Part shown: piece after piece, positions 1-10,212 of the stretch | Layout: every line of letters starts with the position of its first letter | Numbering within the stretch: position 1 is the stretch's first letter | Notes under the pieces: generated by a model | The model's database searches: none | What the model was told of the DNA's origin: nothing | Seen by the model: the letters and a program-made list of their open reading frames with translations, nothing else | Made by a program: the position numbers and the translations under genes | Origin: a virus | DNA length: 64,000 nucleotides | Direction: 5' to 3' (one strand) | Virus record (IMG/VR): IMGVR_UViG_3300045286_000131 | Coordinates: 6,728 to 70,727 of that record

Positions 1-90
1 AACCATCTGCACGCTGGCGATCCGGTGTGTGGAAACCCGCGACAGTTATTATTTCGTGGCGAACATCCACCGGCAGAACTCTGTTTTGCA

Positions 91-420
91 ATGAGCGACC
101 CGATTCAATTCATCTGGACGCTGGTTCAATTCCAACCGGCGGCACTTACGATGGCTGCGGTCGTCGTCATTGGCTACCTGCTGAAATGTATCCCGCAAGT
201 CCTGAACCAGAGGATTCCGATTTACATTGTGGTTGTCGCCACGGCGCTTTACTACGGCATGGTGACTCCAAGGCCGGCAAAGATGCCGGACATCATCGCC
301 ACCATTATTCTCGGCTCCGTAGTCGGACTGCTGGCATGGCTTTTCCACAATCAAATCTTGAAACGGTTTATTGATTCGCATATTTCATTTCCCGAACAAC
401 CAACAAAACCACAGCCATGA
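91..420 (+). CDS. putative holin (3 hydrophobic segments)
   Basis: About 109 aa from ATG 91, three hydrophobic stretches and a charged C-terminus; GYLLKxIP..NQRIP pattern resembles phage holins. Confidence 0.6.
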   Translation: MSDPIQFIWTLVQFQPAALTMAAVVVIGYLLKCIPQVLNQRIPIYIVVVATALYYGMVTPRPAKMPDIIATIILGSVVGLLAWLFHNQILKRFIDSHISFPEQPTKPQP

Positions 421-1001
421 AATTTAACATCAACAAATGGACTCTCGGACTGGCGGCAGTCACCGCCGCCATCTGCTGCGTGTCAGCCGAAGCTCAAACC
501 AATTCCGCGATGGACAAGACGGCTCCATTCCAGTCCATTGAGCAGGTTGCGGAGCACGCATCATGGCATGACAATTTTGACGCGGCTGGCGCTCTGCTGG
601 TCAACACGGCTTCACCCGGCGTCAAGACTTCGCTGTTTGCGTTTCAGGTATCTTATTCCACCGGCAGCAACACGTTTGTTCAGGGCGTGGCGTTTGCCGG
701 AACGCGCGAGCGCGGTGGCGGCGGCGCGGCTGGCGGCTTGAAGTCTTCCGGCGCGTTCACGCTTCCGATTGTCCATCGCGTCATCCATACCGTGCAATCA
801 GTGGCAGCGGGAATGGTCTATGTCAGCGGCTCGGACGGCGGGATTTCATTTGGCGTCTCGCGGCCGGCGCACAATGGATGGGAGGACTACGTTGTTACCA
901 CGCTGCTGATTAAGGCGAGCGACAATTTTTACTTCGGCGGAACGGCGGCGGTCATTGGTATTTCGTCATACGTTGGTTTGGTGGCAGACGCATCTTTTTG
1001 A
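417..1001 (+). CDS. signal-peptide protein, probable small outer-membrane beta-barrel
   Basis: Signal peptide MKFNINKWTLGLAAV..AEA; alternating amphipathic strands; ends YVGLVADASF (terminal Phe, beta-signal-like). Confidence 0.5.
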   Translation: MKFNINKWTLGLAAVTAAICCVSAEAQTNSAMDKTAPFQSIEQVAEHASWHDNFDAAGALLVNTASPGVKTSLFAFQVSYSTGSNTFVQGVAFAGTRERGGGGAAGGLKSSGAFTLPIVHRVIHTVQSVAAGMVYVSGSDGGISFGVSRPAHNGWEDYVVTTLLIKASDNFYFGGTAAVIGISSYVGLVADASF

Positions 1002-1004
1002 ATT

Positions 1005-1889
1005 ATGAAGCCTTCAATGTCATTGCGCGGCGGCGGCGGTTTGGATTACGGACAGGCCGTTTTTTTGGCGTTACTAGAGCAACGCTACGGCAACTTGGCG
1101 CAAGCGGTTTCAGCCGGAGCCGGAACATCTGCCGGTGGAATCAACCTTGGGTTTTTGGCCCTTGGGATGAAGATGTCGGAACTGGCTGATTTTTACGTCA
1201 AACTTTCACCCAGCATTTTCCATCAGGATATGCTGTCAACCGTCGGCATGGCCTTCGGCTCGAAATACAACCCGGATGCCCGCCAGAAGGCATTGCAGTC
1301 GGTGTTTGGCGATGCCGAAATGGGCGACCTGAAAATTCCGTGCTTCTTCACCGCGCACAGCAAGTCAAGCGGGAGGAATTTCTTCTTTCAGAACTACGGA
1401 AGCGCCTACGAAGACCGTGATGAAGTGATTGTCACAGATCCGAAAGTGAAGTTGTGGGAGGTAATCATGGCGACCAGCGCGGCCCCGACCTACTTCCCCG
1501 GCTACACGCTGAATGGTGAGGTTCTGTTCGACGGCGGTTTGACGATGTTGAACGACCCAAGCGAGACTTTGATGCGGGACTTTCCAAGCACGCCGAGAAT
1601 GCTGTCGGTTGGCAACGGGTGGACGAACTGGCTGATTTCGCCGGAGCCGAACCCCGGCGCTTTGAACGCCCTGAGCTACTTTGTCGCCGCCGCATTGCGC
1701 GCCGCTGAAATCACGTCCATCTACAACACCAAGCGAGAGCTTGGCAATAATCATCTTTTGGTGAATCCGAACATCGGGAACGGATTCGAGATTGACGACA
1801 CCACCGAGGCGACAAGGGGCGCTTTGGCGCTGGCGTGGACAAATGAATACAGCGCAAACATCCCCGCGCTCGACGCAATTTTTTCCTGA
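1005..1889 (+). CDS. patatin-like phospholipase
   Basis: Gly-rich LRGGGG loop, nucleophile GTSAG, SAAPTYF and catalytic DGG motifs. Confidence 0.9.
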   Translation: MKPSMSLRGGGGLDYGQAVFLALLEQRYGNLAQAVSAGAGTSAGGINLGFLALGMKMSELADFYVKLSPSIFHQDMLSTVGMAFGSKYNPDARQKALQSVFGDAEMGDLKIPCFFTAHSKSSGRNFFFQNYGSAYEDRDEVIVTDPKVKLWEVIMATSAAPTYFPGYTLNGEVLFDGGLTMLNDPSETLMRDFPSTPRMLSVGNGWTNWLISPEPNPGALNALSYFVAAALRAAEITSIYNTKRELGNNHLLVNPNIGNGFEIDDTTEATRGALALAWTNEYSANIPALDAIFS

Positions 1890-1897
1890 CAAAAAAA

Positions 1898-2224
1898 ATG
1901 AGAACGCTGCTTGAAATCGCCAATCGCATCCCGCCGTGCAAATGCCGCGCGATTGCCAGAAAGAATCGCGGGATGAAGCTGAAGACGCACGACGACATTG
2001 CCGCCGAATGCGGACTCAGCCGGCGAACCGTGATGCGCTACTCCCGCATGAAGGACTGGAATTCGATTCCGTTCGAGATGGCTCAGAAGTTTGCCAACGC
2101 CTGCGGCGTGAACCATCTTTCGCCTAGCAAGCAAATCCGGTTTTTGCGTCACGGTAAAACCATGTTCCTAAGAAACGCGCGGCCGAAGCAGCGCGTGATG
2201 CTGAAAAAACTGATGTCGGGTTAG
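1898..2224 (+). CDS. basic HTH DNA-binding protein
   Basis: THDDIAAECGLSRRTVMRY helix-turn-helix pattern. Confidence 0.55.
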   Translation: MRTLLEIANRIPPCKCRAIARKNRGMKLKTHDDIAAECGLSRRTVMRYSRMKDWNSIPFEMAQKFANACGVNHLSPSKQIRFLRHGKTMFLRNARPKQRVMLKKLMSG

Positions 2225-3789
2225 ACTTGGATGTTGAACGAAGCCCCCTTGCGGTTTCCAGAGCCGGAGTTGAACTGGTTCACAATGGCCTCAAGCTCTT
2301 CGGCGCATTCCTTGATTAAGGCGTAAGTTAGCGCGTCAAAAATATGTTTGTCGCTGCCAATGACGTAGTTCAGCCGGCCCTTCCCCTTTTTCAAATTCTT
2401 CAGCATCCGAATCACCGCCTTGCAATGCGCGGAAATCTTTATCCGGCCGGAAGCCAAAAGCTGCTTCAAAAGCTGGACGCGGACAGCGACGGAGCCGGCT
2501 GATTTTTCAACGCCCTGAAGCATGAATCGGTTGTTCGACGCGGCGGCAACCACAAGGTATTGAAACGTGTCGGCGGCGGCATTGTATTTTTCCAAAGATG
2601 AAGTATCCGACCACGACCGCTCAAAATTCAAAGGGCGTCCCGCCAGACGTTCAAGCAGGCTGCAAATTTCCGTAAACTCAACCGTGAAGTCCTCAATGCT
2701 TACGTTTTCTCCGACCACTTCAAGCTCGTCGAGAACTGTGAAGCATTTCCGGTTTCCGACTTGAATCGGCTCCAACGCGACGGCGGCATGGTTCACGTCG
2801 CCCAAGTCCCAGCCGGTGACAACATCCACGCACGCCGGGGATGGGTTGATGCACTCCCAATCATCCTCGTTTTTTGAAGAGGCGTCTCCGACGACATGGA
2901 CGGCTTCATTGAATGTCCCGCGAAAATGAAACGTCTCGTTCGTCTTGTGGAAGACCCACTGGCCCTTGACGTAGCGCGCGTAAAGAATCGGATCGTAGGA
3001 ATACTGCGCCTTCAGTTCGTCGAGCTTCTGCTTTGAGAGGAACGGATTTTCTTCGGGGAACATTTCCGTAAGCGCAAGCCCGCGCTGGAAAATTTCAAAC
3101 GGCTCCTTGTCCATCGGAAGCTGCTTTTCATCCGCGCAGTAAACAAGATAGTCGTCGTATTTCATCGTCCGCTCCTGATACCACACCTTGTAAATCCAAG
3201 ACTCGTCGCCGTCCTCGGCCGGGTTTGTGTCGGCAATCCAAAGATGCTCTTCAAACTTCAGATGCGGCATACGGAGACGCGGCAGGCAGACGGACAAAAC
3301 TTTCCGGTCGTTGAACTTGTCCAACTCGGAAAAATAGATGCACGAAAACGACTGCTCCTTAATCAGTTTTTCGATGTCCTGAACGTAGTCGAGCGAGAAC
3401 AGGTAGCATTCGGATTCGGTTCCATGCGCGTTCCTGACCTTTAGGAACGGAGTTCTGGTGATGCCGGAAACCTTCGGCCCCGGCGTTCCGGTATTGTCAA
3501 CGGTCGTGTAGTTCATCCCAATGTCGGCCTTGATCCACTCCGGCAGGATGTATTCGTTGAACAGTGACCAAGCGCCGCCTTCCTTTGACGTTTTGATTGT
3601 GCGTGAGAAGAACGCCATCCGCGCGCGGTTTGTGTCCCAGAGATGCCGGGCAAGCTTGTGTCCGACGGCAAAGCTTTTACCGGAAAGCGACGGCCCGCTG
3701 GCGAGATGCGCGCGGGCCTTTGAGTTGAACAAGTCGAAGCCTTTTCCGAACAGATTCGGATACCAGACCCCATCAGGCGTGTGTGGCAT
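2221..3789 (-). CDS. terL: terminase large subunit
   Basis: Walker A SGPSLSGKS, variant Walker B IYFSEL, coupling motif DTNP, ENPFL, RNase H-like GWDLG and C-terminal HIFDALTY. Confidence 0.85.
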   Translation of the reverse strand: MPHTPDGVWYPNLFGKGFDLFNSKARAHLASGPSLSGKSFAVGHKLARHLWDTNRARMAFFSRTIKTSKEGGAWSLFNEYILPEWIKADIGMNYTTVDNTGTPGPKVSGITRTPFLKVRNAHGTESECYLFSLDYVQDIEKLIKEQSFSCIYFSELDKFNDRKVLSVCLPRLRMPHLKFEEHLWIADTNPAEDGDESWIYKVWYQERTMKYDDYLVYCADEKQLPMDKEPFEIFQRGLALTEMFPEENPFLSKQKLDELKAQYSYDPILYARYVKGQWVFHKTNETFHFRGTFNEAVHVVGDASSKNEDDWECINPSPACVDVVTGWDLGDVNHAAVALEPIQVGNRKCFTVLDELEVVGENVSIEDFTVEFTEICSLLERLAGRPLNFERSWSDTSSLEKYNAAADTFQYLVVAAASNNRFMLQGVEKSAGSVAVRVQLLKQLLASGRIKISAHCKAVIRMLKNLKKGKGRLNYVIGSDKHIFDALTYALIKECAEELEAIVNQFNSGSGNRKGASFNIQV

Positions 3790-3842
3790 ATTTGCAAATT
3801 TAGCCTTGCTTTGAATAAATCCAAGAGTAAAGTCGAAATGCT

Positions 3843-4142
3843 ATGCAAACTGATTCACCAGTCACGGTTACAATCCCGCCCACCAGCGAACTCGCCAAAA
3901 ACATTGGCGTCGAAGCGAAGTCCCTCGCCGTTGGCGATGAGATTGAAATGACCGGCAAGGTTACTGCATCGGACGAAAGCGGCATCACCATCGAACTCGC
4001 CAGCGCCACCAAGCCGGCCGAAGGCGGAGCGCCGGAGAAGGAAAGCCCCAAAGAAGACGCGGCGGAAGGCGGGGAATCCGCCGAAGGCGACACCAGCAAG
4101 GCGACCGATTTCGTCAAGAAGCAGATGAGCATGGGCGCATGA
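3843..4142 (+). CDS. small acidic hypothetical protein (head module)
   Basis: 99 aa ORF with phage-like codon use, directly before the portal candidate. Confidence 0.6.
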   Translation: MQTDSPVTVTIPPTSELAKNIGVEAKSLAVGDEIEMTGKVTASDESGITIELASATKPAEGGAPEKESPKEDAAEGGESAEGDTSKATDFVKKQMSMGA

Positions 4143-4163
4143 TAATCCGGCCGCGCGCCGGCT

Positions 4164-6593
4164 GTGATTATGATTGACCTGCAAATCTTGAGCCAAAGGG
4201 GCATCACCAGCGATGCCCTTAAAAAACTTTTCTCCGCAAATCCCGAAGACACGAAGGACTTGGACAAGGAGGCAGTCAAGCGCGTTGACGCCTTGAAGAA
4301 CCGAATCCGCTCCCGCATCCAAGAGGGAATGACGCGCAACCTGAAGGACTGGCGCTGGCTCTACGCTTTGGATGTCGCTTGGGAGACTCCCTTCCGTCAA
4401 ATCAACCCGACGCTGCTTCAGTCGTTGGTTGACAGTGGCCCGAATCCAAACAATGAAGACGTGATGAAGGTTGTCGCCGGGCTTGGACTTGAGCGATTTG
4501 TCACCGAGGAAAAAGACGCCGACGGAAAGGGGACTGGCAAAAAGATGCTGGATGTCCCGACGTTTTTCAACCTGCTCGTTCCGCTCGTAAAAGCCTACGT
4601 CACAATCCGCATGGCGAAGATTGTGAACGACCGGATTAACAACGGTTTTCTTGAAATCCAGCCGGCCCGCGCGAACACGATAAACAGGATGCGGACAGAG
4701 GCGCTTAACGCGCGCATCCGCATCATGGAGTCGCAGTTTTCCTACGTCGAAACCTTCCGCAAGCTTGTCCTTAATACGCTTCACTACGGCACCGCGATTC
4801 AGTTCATCATGGAGGAATGGTATTCTGAGACGCAGTTGAAGAAGGCGACCAAGGACGACGTTTTTCTTGGACTGAAGAAAAAAGACGCTGGCGGGGCCGA
4901 AGTGAACATAAAAGAAGACGACGAAATTACAGTCGTTTCCAAGGAGGGATTGCGCTACAAAATTCCGCATCCTTCCCGCCAGTTTCGCGATTTAGACCAT
5001 CCGCTTCACACGTTGAATAGCGATTCTGGCTGCGCTTACGTCGGCTACTGGTCGGTTGTCCGCTACCGCGACATTCTCAACAAGGGCTTTTGGAATATCA
5101 GCGCCGTTCCGCTTGGCAATACCAACATCATTGGCGAAAACTCCGCGTTTTTTCAGACCGTCTATTCCGCCTGCAAGTTAAAGATTCCGCTCGCCGAAGG
5201 CGCGGCGGCGGCGGAAGGCGGCGTTGGCACTGGAAAAAACGACGCCGAGCGCCAGATGTCGAACCAGTTTTACGGGACAGACCAAGAAGACCAAGGCGTT
5301 TTGCTGACAAACTATTTCGAGAAGCTTGTGCCCTCGGAATGCGGGCTTGGCGACTACGCGCATCCAGTGTGGTTTCGCTTTGTGGTTGCGTCGGATTCAG
5401 CCACCGTGCTTTACGCCGCGCCGCTGCCTTCCTGCCCGGCGATTTACGCCGGCTACGACCCCGACGAGTCCAAGGACAAGAATATGTCCATGTCGCTCGA
5501 AGTGATTCCGTTTCAGGATCAGTTTGGAATGGTGCTGAGTCAGATTGTTTTGTCGGCCAAGCAAAATCTGGCGAACATGACGCTGATTAACTCCGACATC
5601 CTCGACGACGACCAAGTTGCCAAGGTGAGAAATCTTGGCGAGGGATTTTTCCGCAAGCTGAACATCTTCTCAACATCCTTCAAAAAGATGATGAAGATGA
5701 AGACCGACCCGGAGCAGGCGCTTGTTTCCCACACGCTGCCGAAGGCTAACGTGGCGGAACTCACGAACGTCCTGAAGACCATCTTGGATGTCTTGGAGCG
5801 TGTGTTGATGATGTCGAACGTGGAAATCGCGCAGCAGGCATCGCATGAGCAGCCGGCGGCGGAAATCACTCAGCTTGCGGCCTCGACGACGAGCCGCGTT
5901 GCCTACACCGCAATCTCAATTGACGGCGCGCTCGACGCGCAGAAGCGCCAGCTTTACGAATACACAATGGCGTATGGCGACGAGTATTTTTACGCGCACG
6001 TTCCGTCCGACCCGCCGCTGGACAAAACGCATCTTTCGCTGCTTGGATTCGACTACGCAAGCGGCGACATCCTTTTCTCCGGCGACAAATACCGGCGCGT
6101 GAAAGTGAACCTAAAGCGGCTTCTGATTCCGTTGCACGAATTTGCCAAGTGCAACTTCAACGAGCCGCAGCGCGTTGACGCCAAGACGGCGGCATCCATC
6201 GCGCAACTTCTGCAACCGCTGATGAGCAATCCCGCCATCATGCAGATTCTTGGCCCGCAGCAGATAATTGGCATCACAAACCAGATGGGCAAGCTCGTAG
6301 GCTGGGACGATGATTTCCGTCTGCGCGCGGCAAACAAGTCGCCGGAACAAATCCAGCAGGAAGCCCAGATGCAGTTGAAGAAGACCATCGCGGCGCTCAT
6401 GCAGCAAGTGGATGCAAAGATTCTCGCCGACATAAAACCGCTCGCGGAAAAGGTTCAGGAAATTTCCAAAGCCGTCGGCGCAATCGAACACGCCGCCGGC
6501 CTCGCGGATCATTCCGCCTCGCCGGGCATGAGTCCGGCACCGCAGCCAATCCCTCAAAATGCTCAACCTCTCCCCGCAGCCGCCCAACAGTGA
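4164..6593 (+). CDS. probable portal protein
   Basis: 809 aa, mostly helical with a Gln/Pro-rich C-terminal tail; lies between terL and scaffold/capsid; the call is positional. Confidence 0.6.
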   Translation: MIMIDLQILSQRGITSDALKKLFSANPEDTKDLDKEAVKRVDALKNRIRSRIQEGMTRNLKDWRWLYALDVAWETPFRQINPTLLQSLVDSGPNPNNEDVMKVVAGLGLERFVTEEKDADGKGTGKKMLDVPTFFNLLVPLVKAYVTIRMAKIVNDRINNGFLEIQPARANTINRMRTEALNARIRIMESQFSYVETFRKLVLNTLHYGTAIQFIMEEWYSETQLKKATKDDVFLGLKKKDAGGAEVNIKEDDEITVVSKEGLRYKIPHPSRQFRDLDHPLHTLNSDSGCAYVGYWSVVRYRDILNKGFWNISAVPLGNTNIIGENSAFFQTVYSACKLKIPLAEGAAAAEGGVGTGKNDAERQMSNQFYGTDQEDQGVLLTNYFEKLVPSECGLGDYAHPVWFRFVVASDSATVLYAAPLPSCPAIYAGYDPDESKDKNMSMSLEVIPFQDQFGMVLSQIVLSAKQNLANMTLINSDILDDDQVAKVRNLGEGFFRKLNIFSTSFKKMMKMKTDPEQALVSHTLPKANVAELTNVLKTILDVLERVLMMSNVEIAQQASHEQPAAEITQLAASTTSRVAYTAISIDGALDAQKRQLYEYTMAYGDEYFYAHVPSDPPLDKTHLSLLGFDYASGDILFSGDKYRRVKVNLKRLLIPLHEFAKCNFNEPQRVDAKTAASIAQLLQPLMSNPAIMQILGPQQIIGITNQMGKLVGWDDDFRLRAANKSPEQIQQEAQMQLKKTIAALMQQVDAKILADIKPLAEKVQEISKAVGAIEHAAGLADHSASPGMSPAPQPIPQNAQPLPAAAQQ

Positions 6594-6882
6594 GGACGTA
6601 AAAAAACTTCGCGCGTGGTTAAACCAGCCGGAATTCAAATTGCTTGAGGCGTATCTTGTCGCCAAGGATGCCGAATTTACGGCCGAAGCCGGCAATAAGC
6701 TGATTGGATCTTCCAGCATTGACGGCATTGCCGGCGTGGAGGAAAACGTAAAGGATGCACAGGAATTTGCAGAAAAAGCGCGCACATACCGCGCCGTGAT
6801 TGACGTTTTGCGCGATGTCAAAAATCCTAAAAAAAGCCTTGAAACTCAAAAAGTCGAGCCTACGATAGTCGTAAATACTTAA
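6559..6882 (+). CDS. hypothetical protein
   Basis: 107 aa helical ORF following the portal candidate. Confidence 0.6.
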   Translation: MLNLSPQPPNSEDVKKLRAWLNQPEFKLLEAYLVAKDAEFTAEAGNKLIGSSSIDGIAGVEENVKDAQEFAEKARTYRAVIDVLRDVKNPKKSLETQKVEPTIVVNT

Positions 6883-6888
6883 TAATTT

Positions 6889-8364
6889 ATGGCTAAAAAC
6901 GAATTCAGCTTCACCAAAACCAAAAAGCCCGAAGTAAAGCCCGCGTCACCTGAGCCGAAGCCGGCTGAAAAGCCCCCGACGCCGGAAGAGATTGAGCAGT
7001 CCAAAGCCGAAATGCTGGACTCACTTGGATTTGGCGGTGGCGCTGAAAAAAAGAAGCCGGCCGCGCCGCCGGAAAAGAAGCCCGAAGGCGAGAAGCCGGC
7101 CGGTGAGGCGAAGCCCGAAGAAGCCAAGCCTGAAGCCGGCAAGCCAGCCGCGAAGACGCCGGACAAAATCGCTTCCACCGAAGACATCATTTCCAAGACC
7201 GCTGCGAAGACCGCCGCTGCCGTCGCTGAAAAACTTTCCCCGCCGAAGCCGGAGGCGGAAGAGGTCGAGGACGCCGGAATTGAGTTGAAGCCGGAAGACC
7301 AGAAGGAGTCCCGCATTCTGGCGAAGCTCGCCGAAATCAATCCGTCCAAATACGGCGATTCTGTCAAGCAGTTCGAGGACTGGTGTTCCAAGCTCTACAA
7401 ATACGAGGAAAAGTGGCTGGCGGAAAACCCCGGCAAGAAGTTCAACATTGACGACGAGGAACACGCCGAATTCATCGAACAGAACCAGCCGGAGATTGAC
7501 GAGGACGATTACGAGGAAGCCAAGATTCAACATCGCGTTGACGAGGCTTACGAGCGCCGCATTGCGCCGGAGCAGCGCATCAAGGAAACGCGGGAACGGA
7601 TTCAAGCCGCGATGCCAACCATTGTCAGAAATGTCCACAAGGGAGCCTACAATCTGATTGAAAAAATCAACCCCGAACTCGCCGCGTTGCTGAAAAACGA
7701 GAAAGGCGAAATTGTCATGGAGGACGCGAACTTCAAGAAGATTGAAGCCGCCGATCCGATTGCCTACAAAGGCTTGATTCCGATTGTCACCAGCGCCGCT
7801 CAGGTTTTGACATCGCTGGAACAGATTTCAATTCCCGGCATTTCGCTGAAGCTCGACCCGGAAAATGTTCCGGCCCACGCCGAAATTCTCGCCCTTGCGA
7901 AAACTTACGAGGACACGCTGATGAAAGCGCCGGAAGACGTTCGCATTGTAAACGGCCGCGCATTCATTACCGCTGCGGATCGCGCTGCGCGCATTGACAA
8001 AATCAACGCCGCGAAAACGTCCAAGGCGACGAAGCAGAAGAAGATTTCGGAACTCAATGACTCGACGTGGACGGTCGGGCCGGAAGAGCTTTCGGAGATT
8101 CTGGTGGAGAAGCTTGCGGCGAAGGCGAAGGCTTCAATTTCCGAAAACGACGAGCTTGCAAGGAAAAAATATGGCGGCGAGAAAAAACCCGCGAGTCCGA
8201 ATTATGCGCCGCCGATTGTCCGGCCGGAAGCCGGTGCCAGCCGCGAAAAACCACGCCCGCCGCAAGCAGGGGGCGGTGTTGAGCAAGTGACAGCATCTTC
8301 ACCAACTGGCGACGGGGATAAAAAATTCTCTGAAACCGCTACCGAAGTAGCGTTTGCAGGCTAG
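6889..8364 (+). CDS. probable capsid scaffolding protein
   Basis: E/K/P-rich disordered N-terminus with coiled-coil character, immediately upstream of the capsid candidate. Confidence 0.55.
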   Translation: MAKNEFSFTKTKKPEVKPASPEPKPAEKPPTPEEIEQSKAEMLDSLGFGGGAEKKKPAAPPEKKPEGEKPAGEAKPEEAKPEAGKPAAKTPDKIASTEDIISKTAAKTAAAVAEKLSPPKPEAEEVEDAGIELKPEDQKESRILAKLAEINPSKYGDSVKQFEDWCSKLYKYEEKWLAENPGKKFNIDDEEHAEFIEQNQPEIDEDDYEEAKIQHRVDEAYERRIAPEQRIKETRERIQAAMPTIVRNVHKGAYNLIEKINPELAALLKNEKGEIVMEDANFKKIEAADPIAYKGLIPIVTSAAQVLTSLEQISIPGISLKLDPENVPAHAEILALAKTYEDTLMKAPEDVRIVNGRAFITAADRAARIDKINAAKTSKATKQKKISELNDSTWTVGPEELSEILVEKLAAKAKASISENDELARKKYGGEKKPASPNYAPPIVRPEAGASREKPRPPQAGGGVEQVTASSPTGDGDKKFSETATEVAFAG

Positions 8365-8419
8365 GATATTTGTAATAGGTTTCGTGCTGGAATGAATCCG
8401 GCCGAAACCGAAAACAAAT

Positions 8420-10162
8420 ATGCCAGCCTCACCCTTCCAAAATACACCGTGCAAAGTTGTTGCAACGAACAACTTTGATACCGTCGGCACCATCACCCTC
8501 GCGTCTGTCAGTTGCCTGACGCCTGACCAACTCTCCCAGCTTTTCAAGCCGGGCGGCTTGTATGCCGACATGGACGCTTGGTTTCGCACCAGCTTTGAAA
8601 TGCAGGCGTGCGGTATCAAGTCCAACGGCCTTTACGACTGGCTGATGTCCAGCCGCAAGGACGTGAAGAGTCTCGTTTCGGTTCAGAAGATGGATCGCGG
8701 CCCGTCGCTGCTTTTCCCGTTCGTTCTGGCGCGTCAGGATTCCTTTGTGAACCTCGACTTCTTCGCCATCACGAACGGTTGGCAGAACAACGCCTATACC
8801 GCTGGCGTCACCGGCCCGCTCACTTCCGGCGACCTCGCGCTTGGCGCGACGACCGACCGTGTTATCCGCGTCGTGTCCCGCTACGGCGTTGACCTCGACA
8901 GCAAGTGGTTCCTGAGCCGCGACCGCGTTTACATCTCTAACTTGGCTTCCGGCCAGCGCACCGACGGCCAGTGGAAGGTTCTCGCGTCCGAAGTCTCCGC
9001 CGACAACAGCTATGTTGACGTTCTGGTGGCTTCCGAAAACGCCGGCTCCACCGCCGTTTACGATGCGGCCCCGACGGCCGGCGTCCTCGTTCGCGGCGGC
9101 AACAACGTGAACGACTTCGAGAGCTACTGCGGCAATCGCCCGACGATTGACACCCGCCATCGCGTTCCGTTCTGGTATCAGACCATGCGGCGCGGCCGGC
9201 AGGTGGACAGCGAATACAAGAAGGTTTTCGCGCGGCTCATGGAGTCCAACGAATACTACGCCGAATTCGGCGACCTTCCGTTGGCGGAGCGCAACCGTCA
9301 GGATGAAGCGAACTACCAGAAACAGTGGCTTAACAGCTTCTTCTGGGGCAAGCCGATTTCCGCCAACCAGACCCTCGCCGGCTGGCAGTCGCTCGAACAG
9401 ATTACGTCCGTGACCGGCGCGCACGTTGATCCCGGCTTGGGCGGCAAGCTCGTCGCCTACCGCGCCAACATGATTGGCGTCGTCGAGCAGTTGCGCCGCT
9501 GTGGCCGCGTCTGGGACTTGCAGAACACGTCATTGAATTTCTACGACTTCCTGCAATCCATCTACGAAATCGTCCGCGCCCGCAAGTCGCAGGGCAAGGC
9601 GGCGGATTCGATTGACGTGTTCACGGATTCCGTGACTGCCGCCAACATGGAGTCGGCGTTTATCGCCTACTACAAGAAGGAATACGGCGACATCATCCGC
9701 ATCAACATCGAAACCGGCGGCAACGAATGGGGCTTCCAGTGGCGCTCCTTTACCGTGAAGTTCCCGGCCGGCGTGAAAATCAACCTGATTTCCCACGATT
9801 ATTTCGATGACCTCTACAACGCGCACGTCACCGAAAACTCGGCTGCTGCCGGCCGGTTCCTGATGATTCTGGAAATGGGCAAGCCCGGCCCGCGCGGCGG
9901 CACCATCTATCCCGGCACCATCGCCAGCAACCGCAAGGTTCGCACGCTGGGCGACTTGGAGAAGCTGGCGGCGCTCGACCCGACGTTCGCCTGTGTCATG
10001 GAGCATCCGACCGACGAAATCACGCTCGTCTCGGAAACCGTCACGGCCATTGTGGAATGCCCGCTGAACAACCTCGTCATCCAGTCCATCGGCTCTGGCG
10101 TGCCGGACACTTCGACCGGCTACAACGGCCCGTCGTCTGGCCCGTATCAGCCGCTTTATTAA
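8420..10162 (+). CDS. probable major capsid protein
   Basis: 580 aa, visibly strong codon bias, follows the scaffold and is followed by a strong terminator. Confidence 0.65.
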   Translation: MPASPFQNTPCKVVATNNFDTVGTITLASVSCLTPDQLSQLFKPGGLYADMDAWFRTSFEMQACGIKSNGLYDWLMSSRKDVKSLVSVQKMDRGPSLLFPFVLARQDSFVNLDFFAITNGWQNNAYTAGVTGPLTSGDLALGATTDRVIRVVSRYGVDLDSKWFLSRDRVYISNLASGQRTDGQWKVLASEVSADNSYVDVLVASENAGSTAVYDAAPTAGVLVRGGNNVNDFESYCGNRPTIDTRHRVPFWYQTMRRGRQVDSEYKKVFARLMESNEYYAEFGDLPLAERNRQDEANYQKQWLNSFFWGKPISANQTLAGWQSLEQITSVTGAHVDPGLGGKLVAYRANMIGVVEQLRRCGRVWDLQNTSLNFYDFLQSIYEIVRARKSQGKAADSIDVFTDSVTAANMESAFIAYYKKEYGDIIRINIETGGNEWGFQWRSFTVKFPAGVKINLISHDYFDDLYNAHVTENSAAAGRFLMILEMGKPGPRGGTIYPGTIASNRKVRTLGDLEKLAALDPTFACVMEHPTDEITLVSETVTAIVECPLNNLVIQSIGSGVPDTSTGYNGPSSGPYQPLY

Positions 10163-10177
10163 GCACGCTTCGGATTC

Positions 10178-10208
10178 AAAAACCCCCGGCTTCGGCTGGG
10201 GGTTTTTT
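10178..10208 (+). terminator. intrinsic (possibly bidirectional) terminator
   Basis: AAAAACCCCCGGC-TTCG-GCTGGGGGTTTTTT hairpin with T tract. Confidence 0.9.
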
Positions 10209-10212
10209 ATTG

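Noticed and set aside
3855-4970. Long antisense ORFs (e.g. 3855-4970, 8429-9424, 35045-36214, 40661-41731)
   Set aside because: Shadow frames of GC-rich genes on the opposite strand, with no recognisable motifs
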